Positions 30,110-45,015 of a DNA stretch of 64,000 nt are shown piece by piece. Under the pieces are notes generated by a model, which saw only the letters and a list, made by a program, of their open reading frames with translations, did no database searches and was not told the DNA's origin. Both the position numbers and the translations under genes were made by a program. The first letter of the stretch is position 1; each line of letters begins with the position of its first letter. Origin of the DNA: the human T2T-CHM13v2.0 reference genome, Homo sapiens; NCBI RefSeq assembly GCF_009914755.1, contig NC_060926.1; one strand, written 5' to 3'.

Positions 30110-31220
30110 ACACACATGCAACACATACTCCTACAAACTCCCCAAACATGCACGCATGCCCCTCCAACCACACACACACAGACACACACACTCCTCCAAC
30201 CACACACATAGACACACGCACTCCTCCAACCACACACACACAGACACATGCACTCCTCCAACCACACACACACAGACACACACACTCCTCCAACCACCCA
30301 CACAGACACACACACTCCTCCAACCACACACACACAGACACACACACTCCTCCAACCACACACAGACACACACACTCCTACAACCACACACACAGACACA
30401 CACACTCCTACAACCACACACACAGATACACGCACTCCTACAACCACACACACATAGACACATACACTCCTACAACCACACACAGACACACACACTCCTA
30501 CGACCAGGCACGCATACACACACATGCCCCTATAGCCGTGCACGCATACACACAGGCACCTACAACCACACACATAGACACACACACACCTACAAACACA
30601 CACACAAACACACATACACCTACAACCATGCACACATGCACACACATGCCCCTACAACCATGTACGCATGCACACACAGGCACCTACAACCACACACACA
30701 CTCCTACAACCACACACACAGACACACACTCCTACAACCAGGCACACATACACACACATGCCCCTACAGCCATGCACGCATCCACACAAGGCACATACGA
30801 GCACACACACACACACTCCTACAACCATGCATACATGCACACATATGCCCCTACAACTATGCGTGCACACACACACACACACATGCACCTACAACCACAC
30901 ACACAGACACACACACTCCTAACACCACACACACCTACAATGACATACACAGAGGCACACACTCCAACCATGCACACATGCACAACATGCCCCCACAACT
31001 ATGCACGCATGTACACACAGGCACCTACAACCACACAAACACACACACACCTACAACCATGCGCACATGCACATACACTCCTACAACCACATACATAAAC
31101 ACACACACTCCTACAACCATACACACATAAACATACACATACTCCTACAATCCTCCCACACACATGCCCTGCCACTCCCATGCACATGCCCCACACACAT
31201 GCCTGCAACCACACACACAG
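30110..31220. repeat. CA-rich minisatellite/low-complexity array (unit ~28-32 bp, ctcct(c/a)caaccacacaca..cagacacacaca)
   Basis: Directly visible tandem units, most regular at 30160-30500 and degenerating 3'. Confidence 0.95.
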
Positions 31221-31829
31221 GCGCATATATGCCCTGTGTGTTGGGGGGGCACTTGGGAGCAAGGTCAGCCCATATGGGATCAGCAGGCTGGGCAGAGTCT
31301 CAAAGAATGAGTGGGTGCTCCCCAGATGAAAGGTGGGGCTCTGGACACTCCAGGCATAGGAACAGCAAATGTACAAGGAGGATAGGGGCAGCCTCCTGGG
31401 CCTGATGGGTGTGCTGGCCGGATGCCAAGCACCCAGCAGGGAGTGTGGCTCAGGTGAGGTGGGAGGTGGGCAAGGCCAGATCCTGACCAGGCAACCACTC
31501 ACACGAAACCCACTGCAGTGGTGCAACTTGGGGGCTTTTAAGGGCCTTTGCCTTTAGGTGGCAAGGAGCATGCTCAGGCCCTCAAACTGGTCAGTGACAC
31601 GGTCAGGTTCGTCTAGGGAAAGACATCTAGGGCAGCCAAGAGAAGACAGGAGACAGCGGGGGCGTGCAGTGGTCCAGCCTGGCAGGGGTGGAAGAAGTGG
31701 AAGAGGGGGCGGGCAAGACACATTTGATGCTTCAAAGCTGAGACATGGAAGACCTGCCTCCCCGCTACTGTGTTCAAAGCACTTCCACTCCCGACCTCCC
31801 CCAGTCCCCGGGCAATAGAGCTACTTGCA

Positions 31830-32560
31830 TTCACATGGCTATTACCAAAAAACAAACAAAAAGAAAACAAACAAACAAAACAAAGCAGAAAATAACAAGC
31901 GTTGAGAATGTGGAGAAATTAGAATCCTTGTGCACTGGGGTGGGAATGCAAAATGGTGCATCCGCTGTGGAAAACAGCAGGGAGTTTCCTCAAAAAGTTA
32001 AGCATACAATTACCATATGACCCAGAAATCCCACTTCCGGGTATATACCCAAAAGAACTGAAAGCAAGATCTCGAACTGATATTTGCACACCATGTTCCT
32101 AGGAGCATTATTCACCACAGCCAGAAGGAAAGCTACCCAAGTGTCCATCAAGGGATGAACAGATCAACAAAATGTGGTATCACACACAAAAGGATGTTGT
32201 TCCACCTTAAAAAAGAAGAAGATTCTGGCACATGCTACAACGTGGATGAATCTTGAGGACATTATGTTAAGCTAATCATAGAGGGAAAATACCATATGAT
32301 TCCACTTATATGGGATGCCTAGAATAGTCAAATCCATGGAGAGAAAATAGAATGGGGGCCCCAGGGACTGGAGGGAGGGGAATGGGAAGTTCATGTTGAA
32401 TGGGGACAGAGCTTCCGTTTGGGGAAATGGAGAGTTCTGGAGATGGATGGTGGCGATGGTTGCACAATGATGTGAATGTACTTTAATGCCACTGAGCTGT
32501 ACATTTTAAAAGGCTTAAATAATAAATTGTGTTACGTGAATTTTACCACAATTTTAAAAA
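31830..32560 (+). mobile_element. L1MB-like 3' end
   Basis: aataacaagcgttgagaatgtggagaaattagaatcc...ccatatgacccagaaatcccacttccgggtatatacccaaaaga...aatgccactgagctgtaca. Confidence 0.85.
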
Positions 32561-33149
32561 TTCGAACTTTCTTAAAATCCAGATCTGGCCCGTCGCAGCT
32601 GTTGACTGTGGGAAATTAATCTCTCTGTGCCTCTCTCTCTTTCATGATTTCAAGGATTTGTGATGACGATGCACGTAAACTGCCCTGCGGGCTGCCTGGC
32701 TTGGAGGAGGCATTTACGAAATGATCAGCACAATCAACTGCCTCCTCCGTGCCCCTGATGTGTGCAGGTTGCAGGAGGTCACAGCAGGAAGAAGGAGCCC
32801 CCGCCTCATCCTCAAGAGTCCTGTCTGGAATCCATCCTGGGTGAAGACATGAGTCAGCACCCCGTAGGCAGGGAGAGAGAGGTTTAGCTCCACGTAGACC
32901 CCCAGGCGAGGGTCTTTAGCTCAGAGTTGCCCCAGAGGGAGCCCAGATCAGCCAGGAATGGCTCCCAGTGAGCAAGAGGAGGGGCATCTGCAGCCAACAT
33001 AGCCTCCTGACACCTCCTGCCTCCACATACCCCTGTGCCAGACAAACAGTGCCATGTTCTGTGTGTTCTGCAAACATGGGAAAGGCTGGGAAATGGAAGT
33101 CTTGCTCACCCAGGAACTACTCGCATTGAAAAAATGATAGGAGCTAGCT

Positions 33150-33360
33150 TTTCTGGGAGCCCCCCATGTGCTAGAAATTTTTAATAAAATCTCATCAATC
33201 CTAATAAGAAATATCCTAAATAGATGTTGCCATTTGCATTTTTGAAGATGAGGACACTGATGCCCACAGAAGTTAAGTGATGCCCCCAAGGTCACATGCA
33301 TGGCATTGAGAGGGGGGTTGCAAGCCAGGTGTGTCTGGCCACAAAGCCTCTCTCCTTTCT
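33150..33360. mobile_element. MIR
   Basis: ttttgaagatgaggacactgatgcccacagaagttaagtgatgcccccaaggtcaca. Confidence 0.65.
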
Positions 33361-35571
33361 GACATGCTCCAAGATTCCACACCTGGCCCATGGCTCAAGC
33401 AGATGGCATCATCCCCCTGCAGCCATTCAGTAACCCACTCGACTCAGCCTTATCCCCCTCTCACCCCAAGAACAACCCACATCCCTGACAGTGGGGGAGA
33501 GAGAGGTAGGAGGACCAAGCCCACCTGTGCCCTTTTTTCTTTTAACTAGTCAGCTCAGCATCTATCCAAAAAGCCCCCACCAGGAGCCCTGAGAGATTGA
33601 ATGACTCCCCTCTTGAATGACTCCCCTCTTGGACCTCCTAAACCCAAGATCACCTCTTTGGTGCTCACCTGTGCTGGGCATACAGCAATAGTTCAGACAA
33701 ACACCAGAGTAGCCCACATGCCCTGCATCAACCAGGGAGACTGGAGGGCAAAGCACGTGGGTCACCACCGAGCAGGACCTGGCTAATTAACAGGGACACA
33801 TAGCATGGTAAAGGTTTGCATCAGTACCCATATCTGAGAAGGAGCTCCTGGACAAAGCAGATTTGCCTGTCACCCCACCTCCCCATAGAGGGGAGCTCAC
33901 AAGGCTCTCAAATCCCAGGGGAGGCCTCTCTGAGCATGGAAGGTGGACAGCCTGAAAGCCTTCAGAGGAAGGAAGGGCAGGCCTGGGGAGCCCCACACCC
34001 TAGCAGGCTGCTCACCTCCCCAGATCTCAAATCCCAGCCCGCAGCCAGAGGCCAAGATGCATTGTCTCTCTGAGTTTATTCCCTAGGTCATCTCCAGCTG
34101 GCTCTGCTGACCCTGAAGCTCTCCTTTCCTGGAATGACATCATGACATCATGCTTACTGGAAACCCAGCAGCAGATCCCTGGGACCCCACACTCTGTGCT
34201 GCCCCGGCCCTGCCATGGCAACAAGGGTCAGTGTGTGGGCTCTCATTTTATGTGTAGGTAAATCAAGCGCCACAGTATGAAAGGGATTCAGGCATCGCCT
34301 ACCTCCTACATAATCAGGTGCCTGCCTGACCTTGGCCTTTCAAAGATAGAGAACAAAGGGGACCCCAGTGCCACATAAGCCCTAGAGGAGAGACAGCCTC
34401 TGCCCTGAGGTTGGGAAAACAGTCTGTAAAGCTCCCTCCACCCATAATGGCATTGCTTCCCTTTGGCCCCATCCACCCATCCATCTCCCACCCATCAACC
34501 CACCTATTCATCTATCCACTCACCTCTTCATCTGTTTACTACTCAGCCATCCATCCATTCATCCATTCACTCAATAAACATTCCTGCCTACCTACACTAT
34601 GCCCGGCCCTGTCCTGGATGCTGGATGCTTACAGAAAATGCAAGGTGCATAGATAGGGCAGGGACCATGTTAGAGGCAGGTAAATATAGCACAGGATTAC
34701 TCTGGTTGGCCGAGGCCTCAGAGCTGTGCAGGAAGCTGGTCTATGGCTGCCTGTAGTTGGAACTCTGCTCTGTGCACATGGCCGTGTCGAGAATGGCCTC
34801 CTATGGCCAGGTCTGGACTCCCCAGTAAAACCGTACCCCTGAGGGCAGCTATGTGGCTATTTGAGATTTGTGCCCCACTCTGTGAGGAAACTGAGTTCTG
34901 CAGGTGGGGGGGAACAAGAAGCCTCTTGTCTGGAATAGTGGTGACCAGCACATTTCCAGGCCCGGAGCACTCATAGCCCTCATCTTGTTCCCTACAATGC
35001 CATTCTTCTTGATGGCGTAGGTGATGGTGAGTGAAGGATGCAGCTGGTCCCAGTTAATTGTTTATGTGCCAATATGACATCTGTTCCCCTCTGGCAGCCC
35101 TACATAGTTGTTTTCAAAACACCTTAAATTTTTCATATACTTAAGTACAGGCGTTCTCGCACCAGATTTGGTTTCAGGGACACATCAGGGCAGGTGGTGT
35201 GGGACCAACATCCCACTGTGTAGTCCACCTCCTTGACCAGCAAAGAGGCCTGTGGGCTACACATTGAGCCCAGACTGGGACCCATCACCATAAAGGGAAG
35301 GGAAGCACCCCTAGCCCTCTCTGTGAAGCAAATGTGATGTGCTTTGAGCCCTGCTTATAACTCTCCCTGGCTCCTCTGCCCTCAGATAAAATCAGCCTCT
35401 GCGGGGCCGACTGACCCTAGAGGTCCTGGTGGCCTCACAGATCTATAGATCGTGGCTCTGTGGCCCCCAGGGAGGAGGTGTCATCTTAGCTTATCATCAT
35501 CAGTCCTGCAGACATCAGCTACAGTCATCCTGGCCAAGGAGCAACTGGTGAATACTTAAAAGCATTGATAC

Positions 35572-36010
<439 letters not shown>

Positions 36011-36104
36011 TCATTAGCCTCAGTCATGCTGACGACATGCTCTTTATGGATGAAAAATTAGGATCAGACTGGTGGAGCTCATGCCCAGGCACCTGCAGCA
36101 GCTC

Positions 36105-36448
36105 TGCCTATTTTACGTGTCAACTCCACCAGGACACGAGGTGCCCAGACAGTTGTTCAGACATTATTCTAGATGTGTCTGTGGATAAACATTAAATAAG
36201 TAGGCTGAGTAAAGCAGATTACCCTCCCTAAGTGGGTGGGCCTCATTCTATCACTCGAAGGCCTGAATAGGAGAAAAGGCTGACCTGACCCTACCTGGAG
36301 CAAGGGAGAATTCCTCCTGCCCGGCGGCCTTCGAGTTGGGACATCAGCTCCGCAGATTTTGAACTTGCCAGCCTGTCTCCTCTCCTCTCTCCCTCTCTCC
36401 AGATAGATAGATACATAGATACATAGATATAATAATATATCATGTATA

Positions 36449-36479
<31 letters not shown>

Positions 36480-36530
36480 ATGTGTGTATGTATGTATCTC
36501 CTACTGATTCTGTTTCTCTGCAGAGCCCTG
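36105..36530 (+). mobile_element. MLT2 LTR with internal (TAGA)n/(TG)n microsatellite at ~36400-36497
   Basis: ttttacgtgtcaact...gctgagtaaagcagattaccctcc...ctactgattctgtttctctgcagagccctg. Confidence 0.75.
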
Positions 36531-36679
36531 GGAAGCCTCTGGCCACACCCCCAGCCTACAAGTCGGGGAGTGGCTGAAAAGGGAAGGTGTGAGGGGCTGA
36601 GCAGGCAGTGGGTATGCAAAGTGCACAGGTGGGCTCCACGCCAGGCCCAGCGGGTCCATCCTACCCTGCTGGATGTCGT

Positions 36680-37620
36680 TTATGGGTTTCCGCGGGGCCT
36701 CGGATTCCTCACATGGGAACCGGGAGACCCACAACTTAGCTCCCAAAGGCGCCTGGAGGGCTCTGGGCAAATGAAGCCTCCATCCGGGATGCACGGACTT
36801 GTGCTGCTACTGTTCCCTCCTGGGCTGGAGCGGGCCCGACTGGGAACTCCAGGCTCCTCCAGGCTCCTCCAGGGTTCAGGGCCTCTCTCAAGCCTCGCTC
36901 CTTCACCACAGACAGCGCCGGGGCCTCGCGCCTTATTTTTCTGCTCTTAGAAAAGTTTCTGCCTCGGCAGCTTTCCCGAGCTGAGTCAGCAGGGAAGGCA
37001 GCTGTCTGGACCTCGGGGTGGAAGCCCATTCATCAGCCCGCTTTCTTGGTGCTCGCCCAAGGATGGCTTCGTGGGGGGACGTGCTCTGCAGGCCCTGAAC
37101 TCTGCACCTCCTGGACCACAGTGTCTGGGATGAGAAGGGAAGTGGGGGCGTCAGGGGCAACCCACAGGGCAGCCCCTGGAAATCTGTGCTGGCAAGCGCT
37201 TCCGCAGCCTTGCAAACCAGGGCCCCGCGCGTTGAACCCAGGAGCCAGGCCATGTCCGGAGAGGCTGAGCGCCCTCCAGCACCGGCCACCTGGCCCTAGC
37301 CCAGCTGCAAGCAAAGGCTCTGTGCCTAGCGTGGCCCGGCCCCACAGGACTGATCAGGCTCACGTGGCCGACCCTCCCAGCCCCCTAACCCCGGTCGGGC
37401 CCATCACCCAGAGCCCCAAACGCACCCTCGCGGCGCTTCAGCGGGGTGGGCGTGGTCTGGTCGACCCGGTGGTGCCGCCCCACAGCGCCCCCTCGCGTGC
37501 GCCAGCCAGCTCGGCCTCAGCTCCCCGCGCTCCTGCTCCTGCCTAAGGAGAGCTGCTGGCCTCTTCCCCAGAAGGAACGGGGCTCTGCCCCTGCCTTCCC
37601 GGAGCCCCATCTGGGTGACC
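36680..37620. promoter_or_regulatory. CpG-rich island (core ~37190-37540) with GC/KLF box and CTCF-like motif at 37483-37497
   Basis: Dense CpG (e.g. cgcaccctcgcggcgcttcagcggggtgggcgtgg...cagcgccccctcgcgtgcgc) in otherwise CpG-poor, non-Alu sequence. Confidence 0.7.
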
Positions 37621-38277
37621 CTCCCACTGGCAGTAAATCTTGCCTGAAGTCCCGTATCTGATCCCTGCCAGACTCTTCTCTCTTGCCTCCTCCACCCGCT
37701 TCCTCACCCGCAAGAATCACCTCCTCCAAACCACCTGCTGATCCCAGGGCCGTCAGAGGCTCCTCCTGATTCCTGCCTCCCCGTCCCTCCCTCCCCACGC
37801 CACACCTCCGCTCTCAGGGCCTCCTTCCCCTTCCCTCTTCCTTCTCTCTTCCCGACCCAAGCCCTTCAAAGCTCAGAGGCTCGACTCATTTCCCCTAGGG
37901 CAAAATGGCACGTGGTTGGCATACACTACATCTGTCTTGCTTTTTCTCCCTCCCAATATTTGTCTCTTGGCTTCTGCTTTCTATGTACCCAGTAGTCTCG
38001 AGACCCGTGGGAGGAGCCCCCTCAGGCCAGAACCCCCGGACTGGAGCACCCACAGACATGCGCTCTCCAGGTCTACTCCCACGTGTGCCCCGGCTCCTGC
38101 CTCCTGAGACCGGCTCCAAGTCCATTTTCTTCCCGGGCAGCGCATGGTCCAATTTACTGTCACCTTTAGGGTTGCCCCCATGTGAGTAGCGAGTGAGGGA
38201 CCCAGACTTGGCCCTCCCCATTGACGCACTAGAGAAACCGAGACCCTATACTAGACAGGGGAGGGAGTTGTCCGTAG

Positions 38278-38729
<452 letters not shown>

Positions 38730-41700
38730 TGAGGAAAGCATTTCTTCTCACAGCTCCCTGGCAAAGCCAGAATGGAAACTGCAACGGTGGGGTTGAAGGA
38801 TCAAGGGGGGCGTCTGTGAACACCTCAAAGGAAATCAGAAGAGGAGCTTTTCTCCCTGAAGCCCCCATTTCTGAGGGAGTTGCTTTGCACAAGTTCTTAG
38901 CTTCTCTGAGCCTCTGTTTTCTTATCTGTAAATGGCAATAAGCCCATGGACCTCACAGGGTTATGCAAAGGGTTAAATCACATGCTGGGTGTGAAGAATC
39001 TGGGCAGTACCTAGCACTCAGGAGGGTTCAGTCTCCCCAGGGCCTGACCCTCCATCCATGGCCCACAGGAAAGGATTCCGCCATGCCCAGCCCATCGTCC
39101 CACCAAGGGAGAAAGAACAAAGAAATGTGACTTGCAGAAAACACTCCACCCTGAGAGTGACAGCCCTGCCAGGAGACGGCTCAGAGCTGGGAAATTATGA
39201 ATGCAGTGTTATTAAGGAAAACGCATAAGTGATTTTCAGTATAATTAAGATGGATGGCTCTAATAACCCTGCAGGGCCCAATTCTGAGCCACATTACCAG
39301 GCTTTTAAGGGGAGTTTCGTGCACTCTGCTTCAGTGAGCACCAGAGTCCAGTGCAGGGAAGATGAGGCTCTCAAGCCAATGCCCCTGGACCAAAGCCAGT
39401 GGAGAGGCTTAGATCAGAGCCCAAAGAATCGGCAGAACCGCTGTGCCCTGGGAAAGACATCCTAACCCCTTGCCTCTGCAGCACAAAGCCATTCTTCCTT
39501 CTCCCTTTGAGACACAGTGCTTCGGTCACCAACAGGACTCTTGTTGGATTGAAGTGCCGTCCTATCACCCTGGCAAGAGAGGAGAGCTTACAAAGGAAGA
39601 AACTGAGGTCCCAGGGGGCCATGTAACCTGCCCAGGGATCACCAGCACCTCAAAAACATTATCAAAAGTGAGATGAAGGGACCTAAATGTGGTCAGATTC
39701 TACCTTCCCCCATTGCAGGTCTCCCCTGTAGCACCAGCCAGACCATCCCATCACTGCTGGATGAGCTCCAGTGCTAAGCCGCTCCCTAGCCCCATCTCAC
39801 TGCAGTAATAACAACAGAGCTCACCATAGGCGCTCATGCTTACTGCCTGCTGGTGTGGGCCCAGCTCTTTCTACCACCTATTTTAAATAATTCCCACTAC
39901 AACTCTGTTATTATCCCTAGAGGGTAATTGACTTGCTCAAGGCCACGTGACTAGTTAGGGGCTGTGCTGAGACTCTCCCTGAATCTCTGTGAGCGTGGAA
40001 CCCACACTGCTGCAGATGCGGGTCTCCAGGTGTCAGAAAGCCAATCCTTACAAAGTTGAGTGATCCAAGTCTACCTGTCAGAAAACTACGTTCCCTCAAG
40101 ACTGGGGAATCCTCCTCTCCTCCTCTGCAGCAGCTGCCTCCACTCTGTCAACTTGGGGCTGCCTGTCCCCACTCGAAAGCCAACCCCGCTTCCCCCAAAA
40201 TGCGGCTCCCAAGTTCCCCACCCCTTCTTGAGAGAGCCCTGGCTCCCCAGTGGGCCACACTCTCCCCACAGCAGCAGGAGGACCACCCAGGAACTGGGCA
40301 GCACGTTGCCCTGAGCCCCACACGGCCGCCACACCTCTGGGCCCTCCCTCCTCTCTCAGCAGTGGGTGTGCAGGCTGCACTGGCCTTGAGGTCAGACATC
40401 TGGGGCAGTGCCTTGCTCCCCCGTTACTAACCAGGCAGCCTGGAGCAAGCCACTGTAATCTCCCTAGGCCTCGTTTTCCCCACCTTTGAAATGGAGATAG
40501 ACGTGCCTGCCATACATGGCTACTCGGAAGACCGAGGGCAACAATGTCTACACACTTAACCCTGTCCATTTCCAACCCTGCCAGGCTCTGCAGGGTGCTG
40601 AGCAGGGTGGGAGCTGACAGGGAAGAGGGCCTTGCTCTGAGGATTTAGCTCTCTGCCCTGCAAAGCACACCTGGTCCTGCAGACTTAGGCAAAATGCCAG
40701 AGGAGGGGGAAAACAGAAAAGAAAAATTAAGCTGCAGATGTTTCATTCCTCAGGGCCTGTTTGGAGTGATGGGGTTTCCTTGCTGTAGAAAGAGCTTTCA
40801 AGAACGGCTGCCCCAGCCTGGAGTGGGGCCTGAAGGTCCATGCTCCAAGCTCCCAGGATCCACACAGCCCATGGACCCTGTGATGCCATCCTGAACCCGC
40901 TTCCTCTAGGCCAGGACTCACAGCACTCCCAGCACCTGAGAGTCTTCGCTTTGCTTCTGGCCTGTGCCTTCTCTGCTTCCCCAGGACTCACCAAGCCACA
41001 GGCCAGCCAGCCTTATTCCCCGCACTGGGAGCTGCCAGACTCAGCCATCTGTTCTTGCTGGGCACTGAGAGCCTCTTGAGAGGCTCCTAGGTCCGTAAAT
41101 ACCCCCAGATCTTCCTATCCAGAGTCACCTGCTTAGGCAAGCGCTCCTGGGCCAGGGGCATTGGGGATGAGGGGGGTTATCTTACAAGGCTTTAGTGGGT
41201 AATGCAGGGAGTAGGGCCAGGATGGGGTTCTGATCACCTCACCTTGAGGTTCCTAGCTGTGTGGCCCTGGCAGTTCCCTTAACCTGAGGCCTGCTTCCAG
41301 CACATGTAAAGTGAGGATAGCACCCCGCGCTGGCATGAGCTCAGCATGCAATGGGCCTCCACATGGAGACCCCAGGCCCCCTGCTGTTTCTGTCTCTGCT
41401 GCCCCTTCCTGAGCCGCAGAGTTCTCTGGGAGGAACAGCAGAGGAGAGGGCAGAGACTCACGTCATCAACTGCTCCCAAATGTTTCTTCTTTGGGTTTCC
41501 TGAGGACATGACAATTTTCTAGGCTGGAGCTTTGTGTGGGTTCAATACCCTTTTTGAATCCTCCAAATGACTTTTCCAATAAAGATTAATGAGCTGGGAA
41601 GTTGAAACTCTTCACCCAGAGCACGGATCTTCGGGTCCGGGATCTGGGTTCCGTCTGCGGTTGCATCCTTGTTTGCCTGCAGGAGCGACTCCTGTCCCAG

Positions 41701-41829
41701 TGGGTCACATGGGAATGCAGACTTTTCTCACAGGTTGGGCTGGGAGTCCTCCACATTGGTCACCAGACATTGCCACTTCTCCTCAGGGCAGGTCCTCAGC
41801 AGGAGCCCCCCACCAGGCCACATCATAAG

Positions 41830-42150
41830 GTACCATCTTTGAGGCTGGGAGAGGCTGTACAATTAGATCTGTGCATGACCTGTGTAAGGAGGTGACATCT
41901 TCCACTTCCCAGCCGGAGCTTTTAAGGACCTCCTACACTCACTTCTCCCCTAGCAGGGTGGCCCCTAACACTCAAGGGAGGAACTGTGCCATCTGCCAGG
42001 CCTTTGAGCGGCTTTGATGACCAGAGACCTCTGCCAACCCATATGGCTAAGTAACATAAAAGACAAAGAAGTCTTTGTTGTTTTAGACCACTGAGATTTG
42101 CAGGTGTTTGTTACCAGGGCCTGACCTTGCCTACCCTGACTGATACACTT
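41830..42150 (+). mobile_element. MLT1-type LTR fragment
   Basis: ctttgttgttttagaccactgagatttgcaggtgtttgttacc...ctaccctgactgataca 3' end. Confidence 0.55.
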
Positions 42151-43597
42151 ACTGTAAAGACTAAACGTGACTCAGTGGATAGAGCACCTGGCACACAGCA
42201 GGCTCTGAAATGATGACTGTGTCCCCTTGTTGCATAAACTCCAAAGGGCAAGGCCGGGCCACAGCAAAGAAGTCAAACACCCCCAGCAGAAAGCACACAT
42301 GCTTGTTCATACTGACATGTAAGTGATGGAGGGCAGATTTTTTTTTTTCCAAAAAGCAACTGTGGCTCAGACGGTGGTGAGAAGGTTCCAGGAGCAGAGT
42401 CTGGGAAGGAGTGGGAGGAGGCATGGAGACCCGTGGAGCTGAAAGCAGATGCCCAAGACCAGACCGACCACCTTCCTCACCACTTTGCAGGGAAACTTCC
42501 ATCAGAAAATGCATCCCACAGCTCTGCTGAATCCCAGAATACAGTCGAGGGTAGGGAGGATAAAGAGCAGGGAGGAGGGAACTGATCAGGAAGGCAAGGA
42601 GTGGGACCTGGCAGGCAGCAGCATCCTATAGCACAGCCCCTGACCAGGAAGGGAGGGCAGGACCCTAGCGTACCCTCCCCTGAGTGGTTGCAGAGCCAAC
42701 AATCCAAACCTAACAACAGCAACTGACCCTTGCTGAGCACCTGCTCGTGGCTAGACCGTGGCTGTGTGTGCCCCATTCATTACTCTCCACTTTTGATCTT
42801 CCTAGCAGGTCCTGCGAGAGCCAGCATCAGCTCCCAGGGGGGGCAGGAGGCTCTACATTCCATCGTCTCTGCAAAGCTCTTGGCACGGCCCTTGGCAGGC
42901 AGCAGGCACACAATAAATGGCATTTCACAGCCATGTGGGAAAGACCACATGCCAGGTGGGACACCTGGGGAGGCTGGGAAACTCGCCCAGCAGCCGTGAG
43001 TGTGGGATTCTCTTCTGTCATGAGGCCTCTCCTTGGGCACCAGTGGAGTCTCCATGAGGGCCTGGCCCACAGCAGCCCCACCTGTCACAGCCTTCAAAGC
43101 TAAATACCTTGCCATATGCTCTGGCCCCAGAGAGATCCACTGTTTCCCGGATACAAATGCCAATAGCAGTCAGTTCTTGTGATCCGTGCTGGCTCACCCT
43201 TAGGTATGGGCATATTCACCCATGAGTTTATGGCACAGATGTGTGCTCAAGGTCCCAGTCACATGGCTGGGGGACCAAAAGGAGGAAGCCCAAGCACTGC
43301 CGCCTGGGACCTCATATTTTCTACTGATGCCAAGAGACTCCTTTGGTAAGCTTAGTCAGTGACACTGCAGGCCTTCCCTTACAGCTGATCCACTCCCCTG
43401 CCCCAGCACACTGGCCTACTAGCAGGCAGCTTCCCAGTGATGGTGGTGTCAAAGGGGTCTGTGCCTTAAGCCCTGTGCCTGGCACACAGCATGCCCTTCA
43501 TAATTTATTGCTGTTATTATTGGCGACTGGGTCCAGCTGCCTAAAGGTCCTTCCAAAGAGAAGAGAAAGGATTTAGAGGAGTTGAGGGCCTACATTA

Positions 43598-44212
<615 letters not shown>

Positions 44213-44519
44213 TCATTCACTTGGGGCCTAGGCCTGTAGGCTTCTGTGTGGCTGTCGGGGGTTCTGTAGTCAAAGTACACTTGGAGATCCCAAACTTCTC
44301 CATGCACAAGTCCCCAGGACTGGGGCCACACAGGCAGCAACAGACCACCACCACTTTGATTTCCTGCCCTGACTGAGCCCTTCGATCCCACTTTGCAGCG
44401 CCCCCTCAGCTAGGGGCCCCACTGGGCTTGGGATACCACTAATAAGGCCGAGTCCTTCCCCTGTTGAATGAACAAGTCTTTGTGTTGTGCACTTTGCAGA
44501 GCCCTGTGTTCCCAGAATC

Positions 44520-45015
44520 TCTTGCTGCACAAAAGGACACAGGCCTGGACATGGCTTTGCTCTGCTCTACAATATCTGGAGCCTTAACTGGGAACACTCG
44601 AAAGGCTTAGGGGCTGGAGTCATATGGAGGCTTGTTCACTTACATGTTGGTATCTGGACTGGGATCACTGTCACCCAGAGCATCCATATGTGGCCTTTTC
44701 ATATGTCTAAGGCTTCTCCCAGCATGGTGGCTGGGTCCCAAGAAGGAGTGTCCCAGGAGTGAGCATCCAGAGAATGAGCTTCCCAGCAGGACCAGTGGAG
44801 GCTGCAGGGCCATTCTCACCTAGACTTGGAAGTCACAAGGAGTCAGTTCTACTGCATCCTACTAATTACAAACAAGTCCATAAGGTCAGCCCAAACCAAA
44901 GAGAGGAGAACTGGACTCCACCTCTTGTTGGGGGAGTGGCCAGTTTCCACTGCAGAAGAGTCTGTGGGTGGGACATGAGGCTCCATCTTCTTTGGAAACA
45001 TACCATCTGCCACAA
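44520..45015 (-). mobile_element. MLT1-type LTR
   Basis: ggggctggagtcatatggaggcttgttcact...ggccattctcacctagacttggaagtcaca...accatctgccaca. Confidence 0.6.

Noticed and set aside
30160-30500. CRISPR-like look of regularly spaced anchors
   Set aside because: The intervening segments are (CA)n variants rather than unique spacers, the context is eukaryotic, and there are no cas genes.
30048-31130. Long His/Thr-rich and Cys/Val-rich ORFs (316, 324, 187 aa)
   Set aside because: These are translations of the CA-rich tandem array, which lacks stops in several frames. No coding features.
37033-37798. Overlapping GC-rich ORFs in the CpG island
   Set aside because: Expected from stop-codon scarcity at high GC; no recognisable protein features or splice structure.
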